64,000 nucleotides of DNA from an uncultured bacterium (GTDB lineage Bacteria > Bacteroidota > Ignavibacteria > UBA10030 > BY39). Position numbers and translations under genes: made by a program. Shown here piece after piece: positions 54,215 through 63,194 of the stretch. The DNA lies in assembly GCA_937967455.1 (NCBI GenBank), contig CALCJK010000018.1, positions 70,293-134,292 on the forward strand, written 5' to 3'. Each line of letters starts with the position of its first letter. The first letter of the stretch is position 1. The notes beneath the pieces are model-generated. The model did no database searches, had not been told where the DNA came from, and was given only the letters and a program-made list of their open reading frames with translations.

Positions 54215-56934
54215 ATGATGGATACTGAAACAATAAAACAGGAAATCAGAAAGCTTGTAGAGAAATACAATAAAGTTGTAGAAGAAAAGCGAGTCGGCAA
54301 GTACAACGAGGAGATGACTAAAAAAGATTTTATTCTTCCACTTTTTCGTGCTTTGGGCTGGAACACCGAAGATTCAAACGAGGTTACTGCTGAAGAAAAA
54401 ATCTCCAAAAAAAGAGTTGATTATGGTTTCAGAATTAATGGCATTCCTAAATTTTTCCTTGAAGCAAAAGCACTAAAAGAGGATCTGGACAATCCTAAAT
54501 TTATTGAACAGGCAATTAATTACGCATGGCATAAGGGCTGCACCTGGGCAGTTCTTACTGATTTTGAAAGCGTGAAAATCTTTAATGCAGAATGGAAAAC
54601 ATCTAACCCATTGCAAAGCCATCTTAAAACAATTCCATACCAGGAATTTTTAGAGAGGTTCAGTGAATTGTGGCTTTTGTCGAGAGAAAGTTTTGAGCAA
54701 GGATTAATTGATAAAGAAGCTGAAAAATGGGGAAAGAAAACAAAAAAGATTTCTGTTGATAAACAGCTTTTGGCTGACTTCACAAGATTCAGAGAATTGC
54801 TTTCAAAAAACATAATGAAGTTAAATCAAAACAAAAATATTACGGAAGAAGAGTTAGACGAGTCAATTCAGAGAATTCTGGACAGACTGATTTTCATAAG
54901 AAACTGTGAGGACAGAGAGCTTGAAGCAAAAACTTTAATCTCCAGCTTCAGGGAATGGGAAAGCAGAGGCAGAGGACAGTTAATAAAAAGTTTAAGAGAA
55001 GTTTTTGCCTATTTCGACGAACAATACAACAGCAAGATATTTGCTAAACATTTATGCGATAGTTTGGATATAGACAATGAGGTTTTGCACGAAATTATTG
55101 AGGGACTTTATTTTACAAAGGACAAATCTGTTTCTTATGATTTTTCAGCTATTGAAGCAGATGTCTTAGGCAATATTTACGAGCAGTATTTAGGACATAT
55201 TTTAAAGAAAAGCGAGAAGAGGGCGAAACTTACAGAAAGCCATGCACGCAGAAAAGAACAGGGAATTTATTACACACCTACATATATTGTTGATTACATT
55301 GTTAGAAATACTTTGGGAGAATTGCTTAAAGACAAAAAAGTAGATCTTGAAAAAATCAGAGTGTTAGACCCTGCCTGCGGTTCTGGCTCATTCTTGATTA
55401 AAGCTTTTGATGTTTTGAATGAGTACTATGCAAAGCACGACAAAAACTATTCACAGACGCAGATTGACTTTGAAACGAGTATGCCATTCACAACGAAAAT
55501 AAAAATCCTTAAAAACAACATTTTCGGTGTTGATTTGGATAAACAGGCAGTAGAAATTGCACAGCTTAATCTTTTATTGAAAATTGCAGAAAAAGGGGCA
55601 TCGCCTTCCATTGCTCCAGGAAAATATTAAATGCGGAAATTCCTTAATTGACGACCCAGCAATAGCAGGAGACAAAGCTTTCAAATGGGAAGAAGAATTT
55701 AAAGAAGTAATGCAAGAAGGCGGGTTTGATGTGGTGATTGGGAATCCGCCTTATGTATTTACAAGAGATGTAGAATTTCAACAATCGTTCAAAGAGTATG
55801 TTCAAAATAACTACTTTAAAGGTTTGGAATCAATATCTAAAAGTAAAGCAATCTGGGAAAGTTAATCTTTATGCTATCTTTCTGATTAAAGCAATTAAAT
55901 TATTAAGAAATCGTGGGATTTTTGGTTTTATTATTCCCAATAATATTTTGAGAACAACTACTTATGATATTATAAGAAAATTCATTTTGGATAATTGTAA
56001 AATATTAAAAATTGTTGATTTGGGGGCTGATGTATTTGAGGGAGTTACAGCAGCAACAATTATTTTAATTTTAGAAAAAGAAGACAGCAAAATCAAAAGA
56101 GATAAAAATAAAGTTGTAATTTATTCTGGAATTAATTTAAACGATAAAAAAGAAGTTGAGCAAAAAGAATTTTTAGAGAATACAAGTTATACATTTAATA
56201 TAACTCTCGGAAAGGAAGATAGAAAGATTTTTGATAAGATTGAGAAAGGTTCAATTTTGCTTGGCAACGAGTCAAAATATATAATTGAGGGAATTGTTGG
56301 AAATAGAAAAAAAGATGTTGTAGACTCCCCGATTAATGATAAATGTAGAAAATTCTTGGTCGGCAAAGATATAGGTAGATATAAAATTGATTACAAAGGC
56401 AAATATATTATTTATGATAAAAATAGGCTTAATCGTGCGAGACCAGAAGAAGTATTCACCTCTAAAAAAATAATTATTCAAAGAATAAGCGGCGGGAATA
56501 GACCTTTAGCTTGTGTTTTAGATACTCAAAAATATTATACCTTTGCATCAACAAATCTTATACTTCTAAAAGACGATTCTAACTTTGAATTAGAATATAT
56601 TACAGGGTTATTGAATTCAAAACTAATAAACTATTATTATGTAAATAAATTTACAAACAAATCAACTTTAACTGTGAATATTTCGAGGACATATTTGGAA
56701 CAAATTCCAATAAAACTCATCCAAGAATCCGAACAACAGTCAATAATAAACCTCGTCGACAAAATGCTCTCACTCAACAAACGCCTCAATGAAATCGGCG
56801 ACAAAAAGACAGATGAAAGAGCAAGAATTGAAGAAGAAATCAAAAATACAGATACTGAAATTGATGAGCTTGTTTATAAAATTTATGGCATAACCGAAGA
56901 AGAGAAAAAGATTATCGAGGATAGTTTGGAATAA
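54215..56934 (+). pseudogene. Type IIG restriction-modification fusion with two frameshifts
   Basis: RVDY..FFLEAK nuclease, GIYYTP, DPACGSG, GNPPY, TaqI-C-like TRD split over three ORFs; shifts near 55590 (AAAAAGGGG) and 55850. Confidence 0.85.
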
Positions 56935-57384
56935 CGTCGTTTAATCTAACGGCTCGGCGCATTTAAAAAGAATTATATTGAAATGAAGAAAGAAGTCCTT
57001 TTGATTTTTTAAAAAAAAATTATGATATTAATGAAAACTATATTACAAATAAATTGTTTGATTCAGGAGAAAAAGATAAAACAACTAAAAGAAATATAAA
57101 GTAATTATAAGAGTTATTAGCCATCGTAAACAAACTAATCAGAAAGTAATTCCATATGGCTAAGTATAAGCTTACGATCGCACATGACACATTCCATTAT
57201 TACCAACTTCAAGTTCTTTTTCTGTCTCTTATCAAAAATTCCAAAAGCGTCGAAGCTCTAGCCCGCAAACTTTCTGACCAGCAACTTAAAAGTAGAGAAT
57301 ATGAAACGATTCGGGATTGCAGTATGATCACGCGTAAGATGCCCACACTGGTCACGTTACTTTCTTTATCAGTTCCTAACGCCA

Positions 57385-57924
57385 ATGAGCATTGTTAATG
57401 CATTTTTCGTCTTCGGCCTAACGCTTGATGTTCTTGGTGCGTTCTACTTGGCACAGAGTTTCATAACCAAAGGTCTAGAGGATCTCACCTTCGAGGGTAC
57501 GTCAGGCTATGGTAGTCCGCCAAACCTACGTTACATAAGAAGCAACCTTTATCAGAAAGCTGAAGCACAAATTGGATTCTTTCTTCTTGCAACCGGGTTC
57601 ATCCTTCAGGCATTTGATTACATCTATCTCAACAAGTCAGACTCTCTAACTATTGATACTTACTATGTTCTTATTGGCGTTCTTCTAATAAGCGTCGTCG
57701 GTTTTCTTTTAGCAAGAGTTGTGAGAAATAAGCTGTTCACCCGTTACGCTAGGCGAATGGCATTCATTGTCATCAGAGAAAGCAAGCCAGAAAATTTTCG
57801 CAATGACAAATGGATAGTCACTGTAGCTCATTACCTTCTTCCAAAACTTGAACGTGAACCGAACGAAGATGACCAATCATTTGCCAGTAGAGTATTATTG
57901 GAAATTGGTTTTAAATACAAGTAA
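57385..57924 (+). CDS. Cassette-borne hypothetical membrane protein (3 TM)
   Basis: Hydrophobic helices; stop lies just before GTATAAC (57936-57942). Confidence 0.65.
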   Translation: MSIVNAFFVFGLTLDVLGAFYLAQSFITKGLEDLTFEGTSGYGSPPNLRYIRSNLYQKAEAQIGFFLLATGFILQAFDYIYLNKSDSLTIDTYYVLIGVLLISVVGFLLARVVRNKLFTRYARRMAFIVIRESKPENFRNDKWIVTVAHYLLPKLEREPNEDDQSFASRVLLEIGFKYK

Positions 57925-58186
57925 TTTGCAACGGCGTATAACAGAACCTATATTGAAATTAGATAAAGCGGTTCGCACAAATTTCCCTTCAGAAAACTTC
58001 ATAAATGCAATAAATCAATAAAAGTTATATTTGTTCTATACAGAGTCCATTTGAATCTTTCTTAAAAATAGCTTAAATTAGAATAGAAATAAAAGCAGAA
58101 AGAATTAAATGAATAATAAACTAAATGAAATAAAAACGAAATATTGCGTAATTACTGAAGTTATGCGCAATTGGCAACTTTGACCT

Positions 58187-58888
58187 ATGGTTACATCATA
58201 TCTCGACCGAATCAAGCAAGAGATTCGTTCTAGCCCGACGGCTTCGTTCACAGAATCAGTTGAGTACCATCTGGACTACCTTCAACCGAGGCTTGCGGGT
58301 TTCGACAAGCTGACAAGAAAGCTATATCATTCAATCAGCCAGCCGCAGCAGTTCTGTGACTTCCTGACCGAGGCTCATTGGGCGATGGTTCTACTTCATC
58401 TTGGCGGAAATGCCGAATACGAACCTTTGGGTGAATCTGGTCCTGACATTCGATTCCATTTCGACGGCCAGAAAGCGGACCTGCACTGCAAGCGTTTACG
58501 TAATGACCCCAAGACTGCTGAAAAATTGAAAAACTATCGAGGACAACTGGTCGAATATGGCAACGTTCTCGACGACACGGTGAGCCTCTTCGACAGAATC
58601 ACATCTGAGAGACCCCGACACATAGATTCTACTCTCCCACAGATCGTTGCCTATTGGTCTGACAGCGAGCGAATCGAGGAACACGAATTCGACTACGCAA
58701 TAAGAGACATTCAATCTGCTGCGGCTGGCGGCAAACACCTTTGGATTAGTGCGGTCATCTACAAAGTCAGAATATCCCAAGGGTTTATATATTGGTACAG
58801 TCCATTCGCAACTGTGCAGGTACCGACTGAATTGAAAATTGAATTTGAGAAATTGCAGCCTTGGCCATCAGTTGCCAACTGCACATAA
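58187..58888 (+). CDS. Cassette-borne hypothetical protein, PD-(D/E)XK-like
   Basis: FLTEAHWA...GPDIRF..GQKADLHCKRL; visibly more GC-rich than the host; stop TAA lies inside ACATAAC. Confidence 0.6.
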   Translation: MVTSYLDRIKQEIRSSPTASFTESVEYHLDYLQPRLAGFDKLTRKLYHSISQPQQFCDFLTEAHWAMVLLHLGGNAEYEPLGESGPDIRFHFDGQKADLHCKRLRNDPKTAEKLKNYRGQLVEYGNVLDDTVSLFDRITSERPRHIDSTLPQIVAYWSDSERIEEHEFDYAIRDIQSAAAGGKHLWISAVIYKVRISQGFIYWYSPFATVQVPTELKIEFEKLQPWPSVANCT

Positions 58889-59100
58889 CAGCACAAACCA
58901 CGACACTCGTTTTATGAAAATGGATTATTGTACTCATTCCATTGTTTTTGCCGATAAAATAGATTGCAGCTCCAGCCGCACGAAAAAATTAGTTAATAAG
59001 AGTGCGGCTGTCGCCGCAACATTTTGCCCACCTCGTGGCTTCGCCACTTCGGTAGGCATTAACGGCAAAAACAACGGCGTGCTTACGCTAAACGTTATAT
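58883..59100 (+). repeat. attC-like site A (218 bp)
   Basis: ACATAAC...GTTATAT; left arm resembles site D; internal CAGCCGCAC/GTGCGGCTG hairpin. Confidence 0.7.
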
Positions 59101-59137
59101 GAAATGGCGGTTTCAAGATGAATAGAGGTAGAAAAAT

Positions 59138-60274
59138 ATGAAATCTAACGATAGTACTCAATTAACACTAGAAAATTTAGAAGATGTTCCACTTACTTAT
59201 GGAGCAGTGATATTAAATAAAGAAAAATTCATTGAAGTTTTATCTGGAATTGTTAATACGGACGATATGAATTCTGTAAAAAATAGGGTCATTATCTTAA
59301 AAGATATTTTAGCTAATCACAGAAAAGATCAAGAAGGGATATTAAATATTGATACTAACGGAGATACTATCCTACTTCGACGAGATGTTATTATTTCTGA
59401 ATTAAATCAGATTATAGAATCTCAGACGAAGGAAAGAGCCGATTACTATTTAAAAAGATTGATAGAGGGAGCTCAAAAAGTCAAAACAAGCAAAATCAAC
59501 GACATAAATCTTTTAAGGTGGAAGGAATATGGCGAAATTATTACTGATAGCCTTTGGATGTTAGGCAAAAGAGATACTTCGGGAGCACATCTTGGATGGT
59601 ACTGGGGGAACTTTATCCCCCAAATTCCGCATCAAATGATGTTAAGATACACCAAAAGAGGGGATTGGGTTTTAGATACTTTTGTTGGAAGTGGAACAAC
59701 CTTAATTGAATGCCGAAGATTAGGTAGAAACGGAATCGGTATAGAATTAAATACAGAAGTGGCACAGAGTGCAAAAGAATTAATTGGAAAGGAGCAAAAT
59801 AGAGATAATGTGGTCAGTGAAGTAATTATTGGCGATAGTAGAACTATAGATATAAGAGAAATTTTAGAAAGATATAAAATTAATCAAGTTCAACTTCTTA
59901 TTATGCACCCGCCTTATCACGATATTATTAAGTTTTCAAAAGACAAAAATGACCTCTCAAATGCAAAGAATACAGAAGAATTTTTAAAAATGTTTGGGGA
60001 AGTAGTGGATAATGCTACTTCATATTTAGAAAAAGGAAGATATTTTGCATTAGTTATTGGTGATAAATACTCCAAAGGCGAATGGATACCTTTGGGCTTT
60101 CTCTGTATGCAAGAGGTATTGAAAAGAGGATACAAGTTAAAAAGCATAATTGTAAAGAATTTTGAAGAAACAAGAGGAAAGAGGAATCAAAAGGAACTTT
60201 GGCGATACAGGGCATTAGTTGGCGGGTTTTACATTTTTAAGCATGAATATATTATGCTATTCAAGAAAAAATAG
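59138..60274 (+). CDS. Site-specific DNA methyltransferase (N4C/N6A)
   Basis: GNFIPQIP, VLDTFVGSGTT (motif I), IMHPPY (motif IV variant), HEYI. Confidence 0.85.
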   Translation: MKSNDSTQLTLENLEDVPLTYGAVILNKEKFIEVLSGIVNTDDMNSVKNRVIILKDILANHRKDQEGILNIDTNGDTILLRRDVIISELNQIIESQTKERADYYLKRLIEGAQKVKTSKINDINLLRWKEYGEIITDSLWMLGKRDTSGAHLGWYWGNFIPQIPHQMMLRYTKRGDWVLDTFVGSGTTLIECRRLGRNGIGIELNTEVAQSAKELIGKEQNRDNVVSEVIIGDSRTIDIREILERYKINQVQLLIMHPPYHDIIKFSKDKNDLSNAKNTEEFLKMFGEVVDNATSYLEKGRYFALVIGDKYSKGEWIPLGFLCMQEVLKRGYKLKSIIVKNFEETRGKRNQKELWRYRALVGGFYIFKHEYIMLFKKK

Positions 60275-60285
60275 GAGATAAAACT

Positions 60286-61119
60286 ATGCCATTATTAAGT
60301 CAAAAAGAAGTATTAAATTTAAAACTCAGTTGTATTCCATTACCGCAGTTAAAAACGTTCACTCTAAATTTAGGAATTAGTAACACTGGTTCAGCGGGAG
60401 AGATTATTAAAAGAGTTTTAGACAAGGAAATAGATGTAAAAATTGTGCAGGAATTCATAAAACAAAAATATAATGAGAAGATTCAAAAACGGAGAGAGAT
60501 TATTTCTGATGAGGATTTAAAGAGAGAGTTAATGAAGGTTAAAACTTTTTCTTGGGGTGTAATTCAGGGGCAATTGGATCAAAAAATACAAACTGAATAT
60601 GTAAGAAGAATTGTCCGATATGAAGAGTTGCTGAATAATGTTAGGGCGAAACTTCATGATGAGGTAACAAATTATGTAATTTGCACATGGTTTAACCATT
60701 GGACAACTGTGCTAATAGAAGAACATATAAGCACTCATTCAAAAGTAATCCCTACTATTAAAAACATAAAAGGGATTGATATTTTCTTTGATGGGCAACC
60801 ATTTGATTTAAAAGTAACTTATTTACCACGCGAATATAATCCAGTAGATGCGATAAAAAATCCTTCTGAATTGGCAATCTGGCTATATGAAAATCAAGGT
60901 GCTCAAAGATTTGGGTCTGATAACCGGTTATTTGTTGTTTTGTTAGATAAAGATAATCCTGAACGAAGTTGGGAGTTAAAAAGAGATTTTGTCCTTGTAT
61001 TTCAGATGATTGACAATTTCTTTAATAAGGAAACCGTTTCAAAGAAAGATGAGATTGTTTTCACTTTTGGAAGAAAAACATATACGGCAGTTACAAAAGT
61101 ATTAATAATAACAAAATGA
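60286..61119 (+). CDS. Putative cognate type II restriction endonuclease
   Basis: GIDIFFDGQPFDLKVT (D...DxK); same cassette as the MTase, own AGGAG RBS. Confidence 0.6.
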   Translation: MPLLSQKEVLNLKLSCIPLPQLKTFTLNLGISNTGSAGEIIKRVLDKEIDVKIVQEFIKQKYNEKIQKRREIISDEDLKRELMKVKTFSWGVIQGQLDQKIQTEYVRRIVRYEELLNNVRAKLHDEVTNYVICTWFNHWTTVLIEEHISTHSKVIPTIKNIKGIDIFFDGQPFDLKVTYLPREYNPVDAIKNPSELAIWLYENQGAQRFGSDNRLFVVLLDKDNPERSWELKRDFVLVFQMIDNFFNKETVSKKDEIVFTFGRKTYTAVTKVLIITK

Positions 61120-61131
61120 AACCGCTACTTC

Positions 61132-61362
61132 ATATAACACAGCATAAAAGTCACAGCCCTTTTTCCAAAAGGGCTGGATCCAGCCCATTCTTTAGAATGG
61201 GCTGTGAGTTCGTGTCTTATGGCACTCACCCAAACCCAGCACTTTTTAGGTGGGCAATGCGAACCTACTTCTTGAGGAGACGATATTATAAGGGTTTCAG
61301 TGATGTGTAGAAGAAAAACGATAAAAAAGTGCTGGGCTTCTTTTATGCTGGGAACGTTATAT
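61132..61362 (+). repeat. attC-like site B (231 bp)
   Basis: ATATAAC-A-CAGCATAAAAG...CTTTTATGCTG-GGAAC-GTTATAT with several internal hairpins. Confidence 0.8.
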
Positions 61363-61404
61363 GTAATTGGCGTGCAAATTTTAAAAAACTAGGAGGACAA
61401 AGAA

Positions 61405-61896
61405 ATGGCCAGAAAAGTATTTTATAGTTTTTATTACAAAGAAGATAACTGGAGAGCGTCTCAAGTTAGAAGTATGGGAATTATTGAAGGCAACCAACCT
61501 GTTTCAGATAATGATTGGGAACAAATTAAAAAAGGCGGAGATGAAGCCATTAAAAGATGGATTAATCAACAACTTAATGGTAGGTCATGTACTATAGTTT
61601 TAATTGGGACAAATACAGCAGGAAGAAAATGGATAAAATATGAAATTGAAAAATCTTGGAATGACAGGAAAGGATTATTGGGTATTTACATTCATAATTT
61701 AAAAGATAAAAATGGTAACAAAAGTTACAAAGGAAATAATCCATTTGATGATTTTCAGCTTAACGGTAAACCATTGTCACAAATAGTTAAAGCCTATGAT
61801 CCTCCATATTCAAATAGTAAAGATGTTTATGATTATATAAAAAACAATATAGCATCATGGGTTGAAGAAGCCATAAGTATTCGTAATAATTATTGA
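61405..61896 (+). CDS. TIR-like (DUF1863/ThsB-type) protein
   Basis: MARKVFYSF...DNWRASQVR, IKRWI..QL.G.SCTIVLIG..TA.RKWIKYEI catalytic Glu, GLLGIYIH. Confidence 0.88.
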   Translation: MARKVFYSFYYKEDNWRASQVRSMGIIEGNQPVSDNDWEQIKKGGDEAIKRWINQQLNGRSCTIVLIGTNTAGRKWIKYEIEKSWNDRKGLLGIYIHNLKDKNGNKSYKGNNPFDDFQLNGKPLSQIVKAYDPPYSNSKDVYDYIKNNIASWVEEAISIRNNY

Positions 61897-61908
61897 GAGA
61901 ATAAGAAT

Positions 61909-62343
61909 ATGGAAGAAAAAAAAACTGATATCAATTCTCAGGCTGTTCAATCACATTTAAACATTACCCAGTCTGTGATACAGCGAATGGCAACGAATAG
62001 TTCTTCATGCAAAGCGTGGTGTATAACAGTAGTTTCAGCAATTTTGGTTATTGTAGCAGATAAAGGGAAATCTCAATATGCTTATATTGCAATAATACCG
62101 AATATTCTTTTTTTGGTTTTAGATACTTATTATTTAGCCTTGGAAAAAATGTTTCGCATTTCATATAACGATTTTATAAAAAAATTACATGAAAATGTGA
62201 TTGACTTTTCCGATTTATTTGTAGTTATTCCAAAAGGAAACTTGATAAAAATGTTTTTTAAGTCTATTATATCATTTTCTGTTTGGCTATTCTACTTAAC
62301 GCTTTTAATTATGATATTATTAGCAAAAGAAATTATACTTTGA
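61909..62343 (+). CDS. Small 3-TM protein, putative effector partner of the TIR protein
   Basis: HL.I.Q.VIQRM..NS...K.W, LD.YYL.LE..FR..Y; 12 bp downstream of the TIR gene in the same cassette. Confidence 0.7.
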   Translation: MEEKKTDINSQAVQSHLNITQSVIQRMATNSSSCKAWCITVVSAILVIVADKGKSQYAYIAIIPNILFLVLDTYYLALEKMFRISYNDFIKKLHENVIDFSDLFVVIPKGNLIKMFFKSIISFSVWLFYLTLLIMILLAKEIIL

Positions 62344-62378
62344 AAGAATATGATTGAGAAGAATAACACGCCAACAAC

Positions 62379-62432
62379 ATATAACAGCGGCTATACGCCA
62401 TTAAAACGGCGCATAGCCGCAAACCGTTATAC
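62379..62432 (+). repeat. attC-like site C (54 bp)
   Basis: ATATAAC-A-GCGGCTATACGCC-loop-GGCGCATAGCCGC-AAACC-GTTATAC. Confidence 0.85.
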
Positions 62433-62456
62433 GCAATGTGCGCAACGGAGGATGAA

Positions 62457-62996
62457 ATGACTAAGACAGTTTTGATCTGCCTATTTACCTTTTTCGTAAT
62501 TGTAAGCGGATGCAAGAAGGAAACTATCACAGGACCCACTGAACCGCAAGATCTTATTTCGAACGTGTCATTCGAACTCAACGGCAATCCGTCCATCGAT
62601 GGTTGGATTTATTGGAGCAATGTCGACTCAATGGTTCAGTTTTCCAATGATGTACCGAACGGAGGCGGTAATTGGTCAGTCCATCTCCGGGTCGGTGATC
62701 GAGTTGTCAAATTCTTGCAGACGAAAATAGCCGCACCTACTGGACGCAATCGCTTCAGAATATCTGTATGGGCACGAAGAGGTCTCATGGAAGCCGGAGG
62801 AAGCCCAAGCGTTGCTGTTCTTTCCCTCAATGACACAACCCGAAAGATTCTCAACGTTCAGGATACAACGTGGGGATATTATGAAGCTTTCGATACGATC
62901 GACACAGTAATTGGAGATAGTCTAACGGTAAGGCTTGGTGATGGATATCTGAGTGAAACATATTTCGATCTGTGCCGCTTACAATTACTTAAATAA
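62457..62996 (+). CDS. Cassette-borne hypothetical lipoprotein
   Basis: GGAGGA RBS; MTKTVLICLFTFFVIVSGC lipobox; N.SFE...GW jelly-roll-like start. Confidence 0.7.
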   Translation: MTKTVLICLFTFFVIVSGCKKETITGPTEPQDLISNVSFELNGNPSIDGWIYWSNVDSMVQFSNDVPNGGGNWSVHLRVGDRVVKFLQTKIAAPTGRNRFRISVWARRGLMEAGGSPSVAVLSLNDTTRKILNVQDTTWGYYEAFDTIDTVIGDSLTVRLGDGYLSETYFDLCRLQLLK

Positions 62997-63012
62997 CACT
63001 TGCGCACACTGC

Positions 63013-63167
63013 ACATAACACGGCAAACAACGACACTCGTTTATTTGATATGGCTATGTTGAATCTCGGTAAAACAAATAGTTGTGCTCGTTCCATCCCG
63101 TCCGCCACGAAGAATGAGTCATTTATGGTGGCGGAACGGGACGTCGTTGTTTGCCGAGACGTTAGGC
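63013..63167 (+). repeat. attC-like site D (155 bp)
   Basis: ACATAAC-A-CGGCAAACAACGAC...GTCGTTGTTTGCCG-AGAC-GTTAGGC (perfect 14-bp stem). Confidence 0.85.
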
Positions 63168-63194
63168 GAAACGGTGAAGTAAGAAGGTGAAGAT

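Noticed and set aside
57156..57398. 80-aa ORF, and an alternative partial inverted match (57170-57188) to the 57113 end suggesting an empty mini-cassette
   Set aside because: No recognisable motif; the alternative match lacks the AAC core (ACATGAC). Left unresolved and not called.
58839..59161. ORFs 58839-59102 (+) and 58934-59161 (-)
   Set aside because: They run through attC-like site A and are by-products of the GC-rich palindrome.
61116..61310. 64-aa ORF after the restriction endonuclease
   Set aside because: Lies almost entirely within the terminal repeat and attC-like site B.
58160..63019. IS or MITE interpretation of the terminal inverted repeats
   Set aside because: No transposase, no target-site duplications seen, and ends coincide with GTT/AAC core boxes of attC-like hairpins.
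58883..63167. CRISPR array or REP interpretation of the recurring palindromes
   Set aside because: Units are separated by whole genes, differ in sequence and length, and no cas genes are present.
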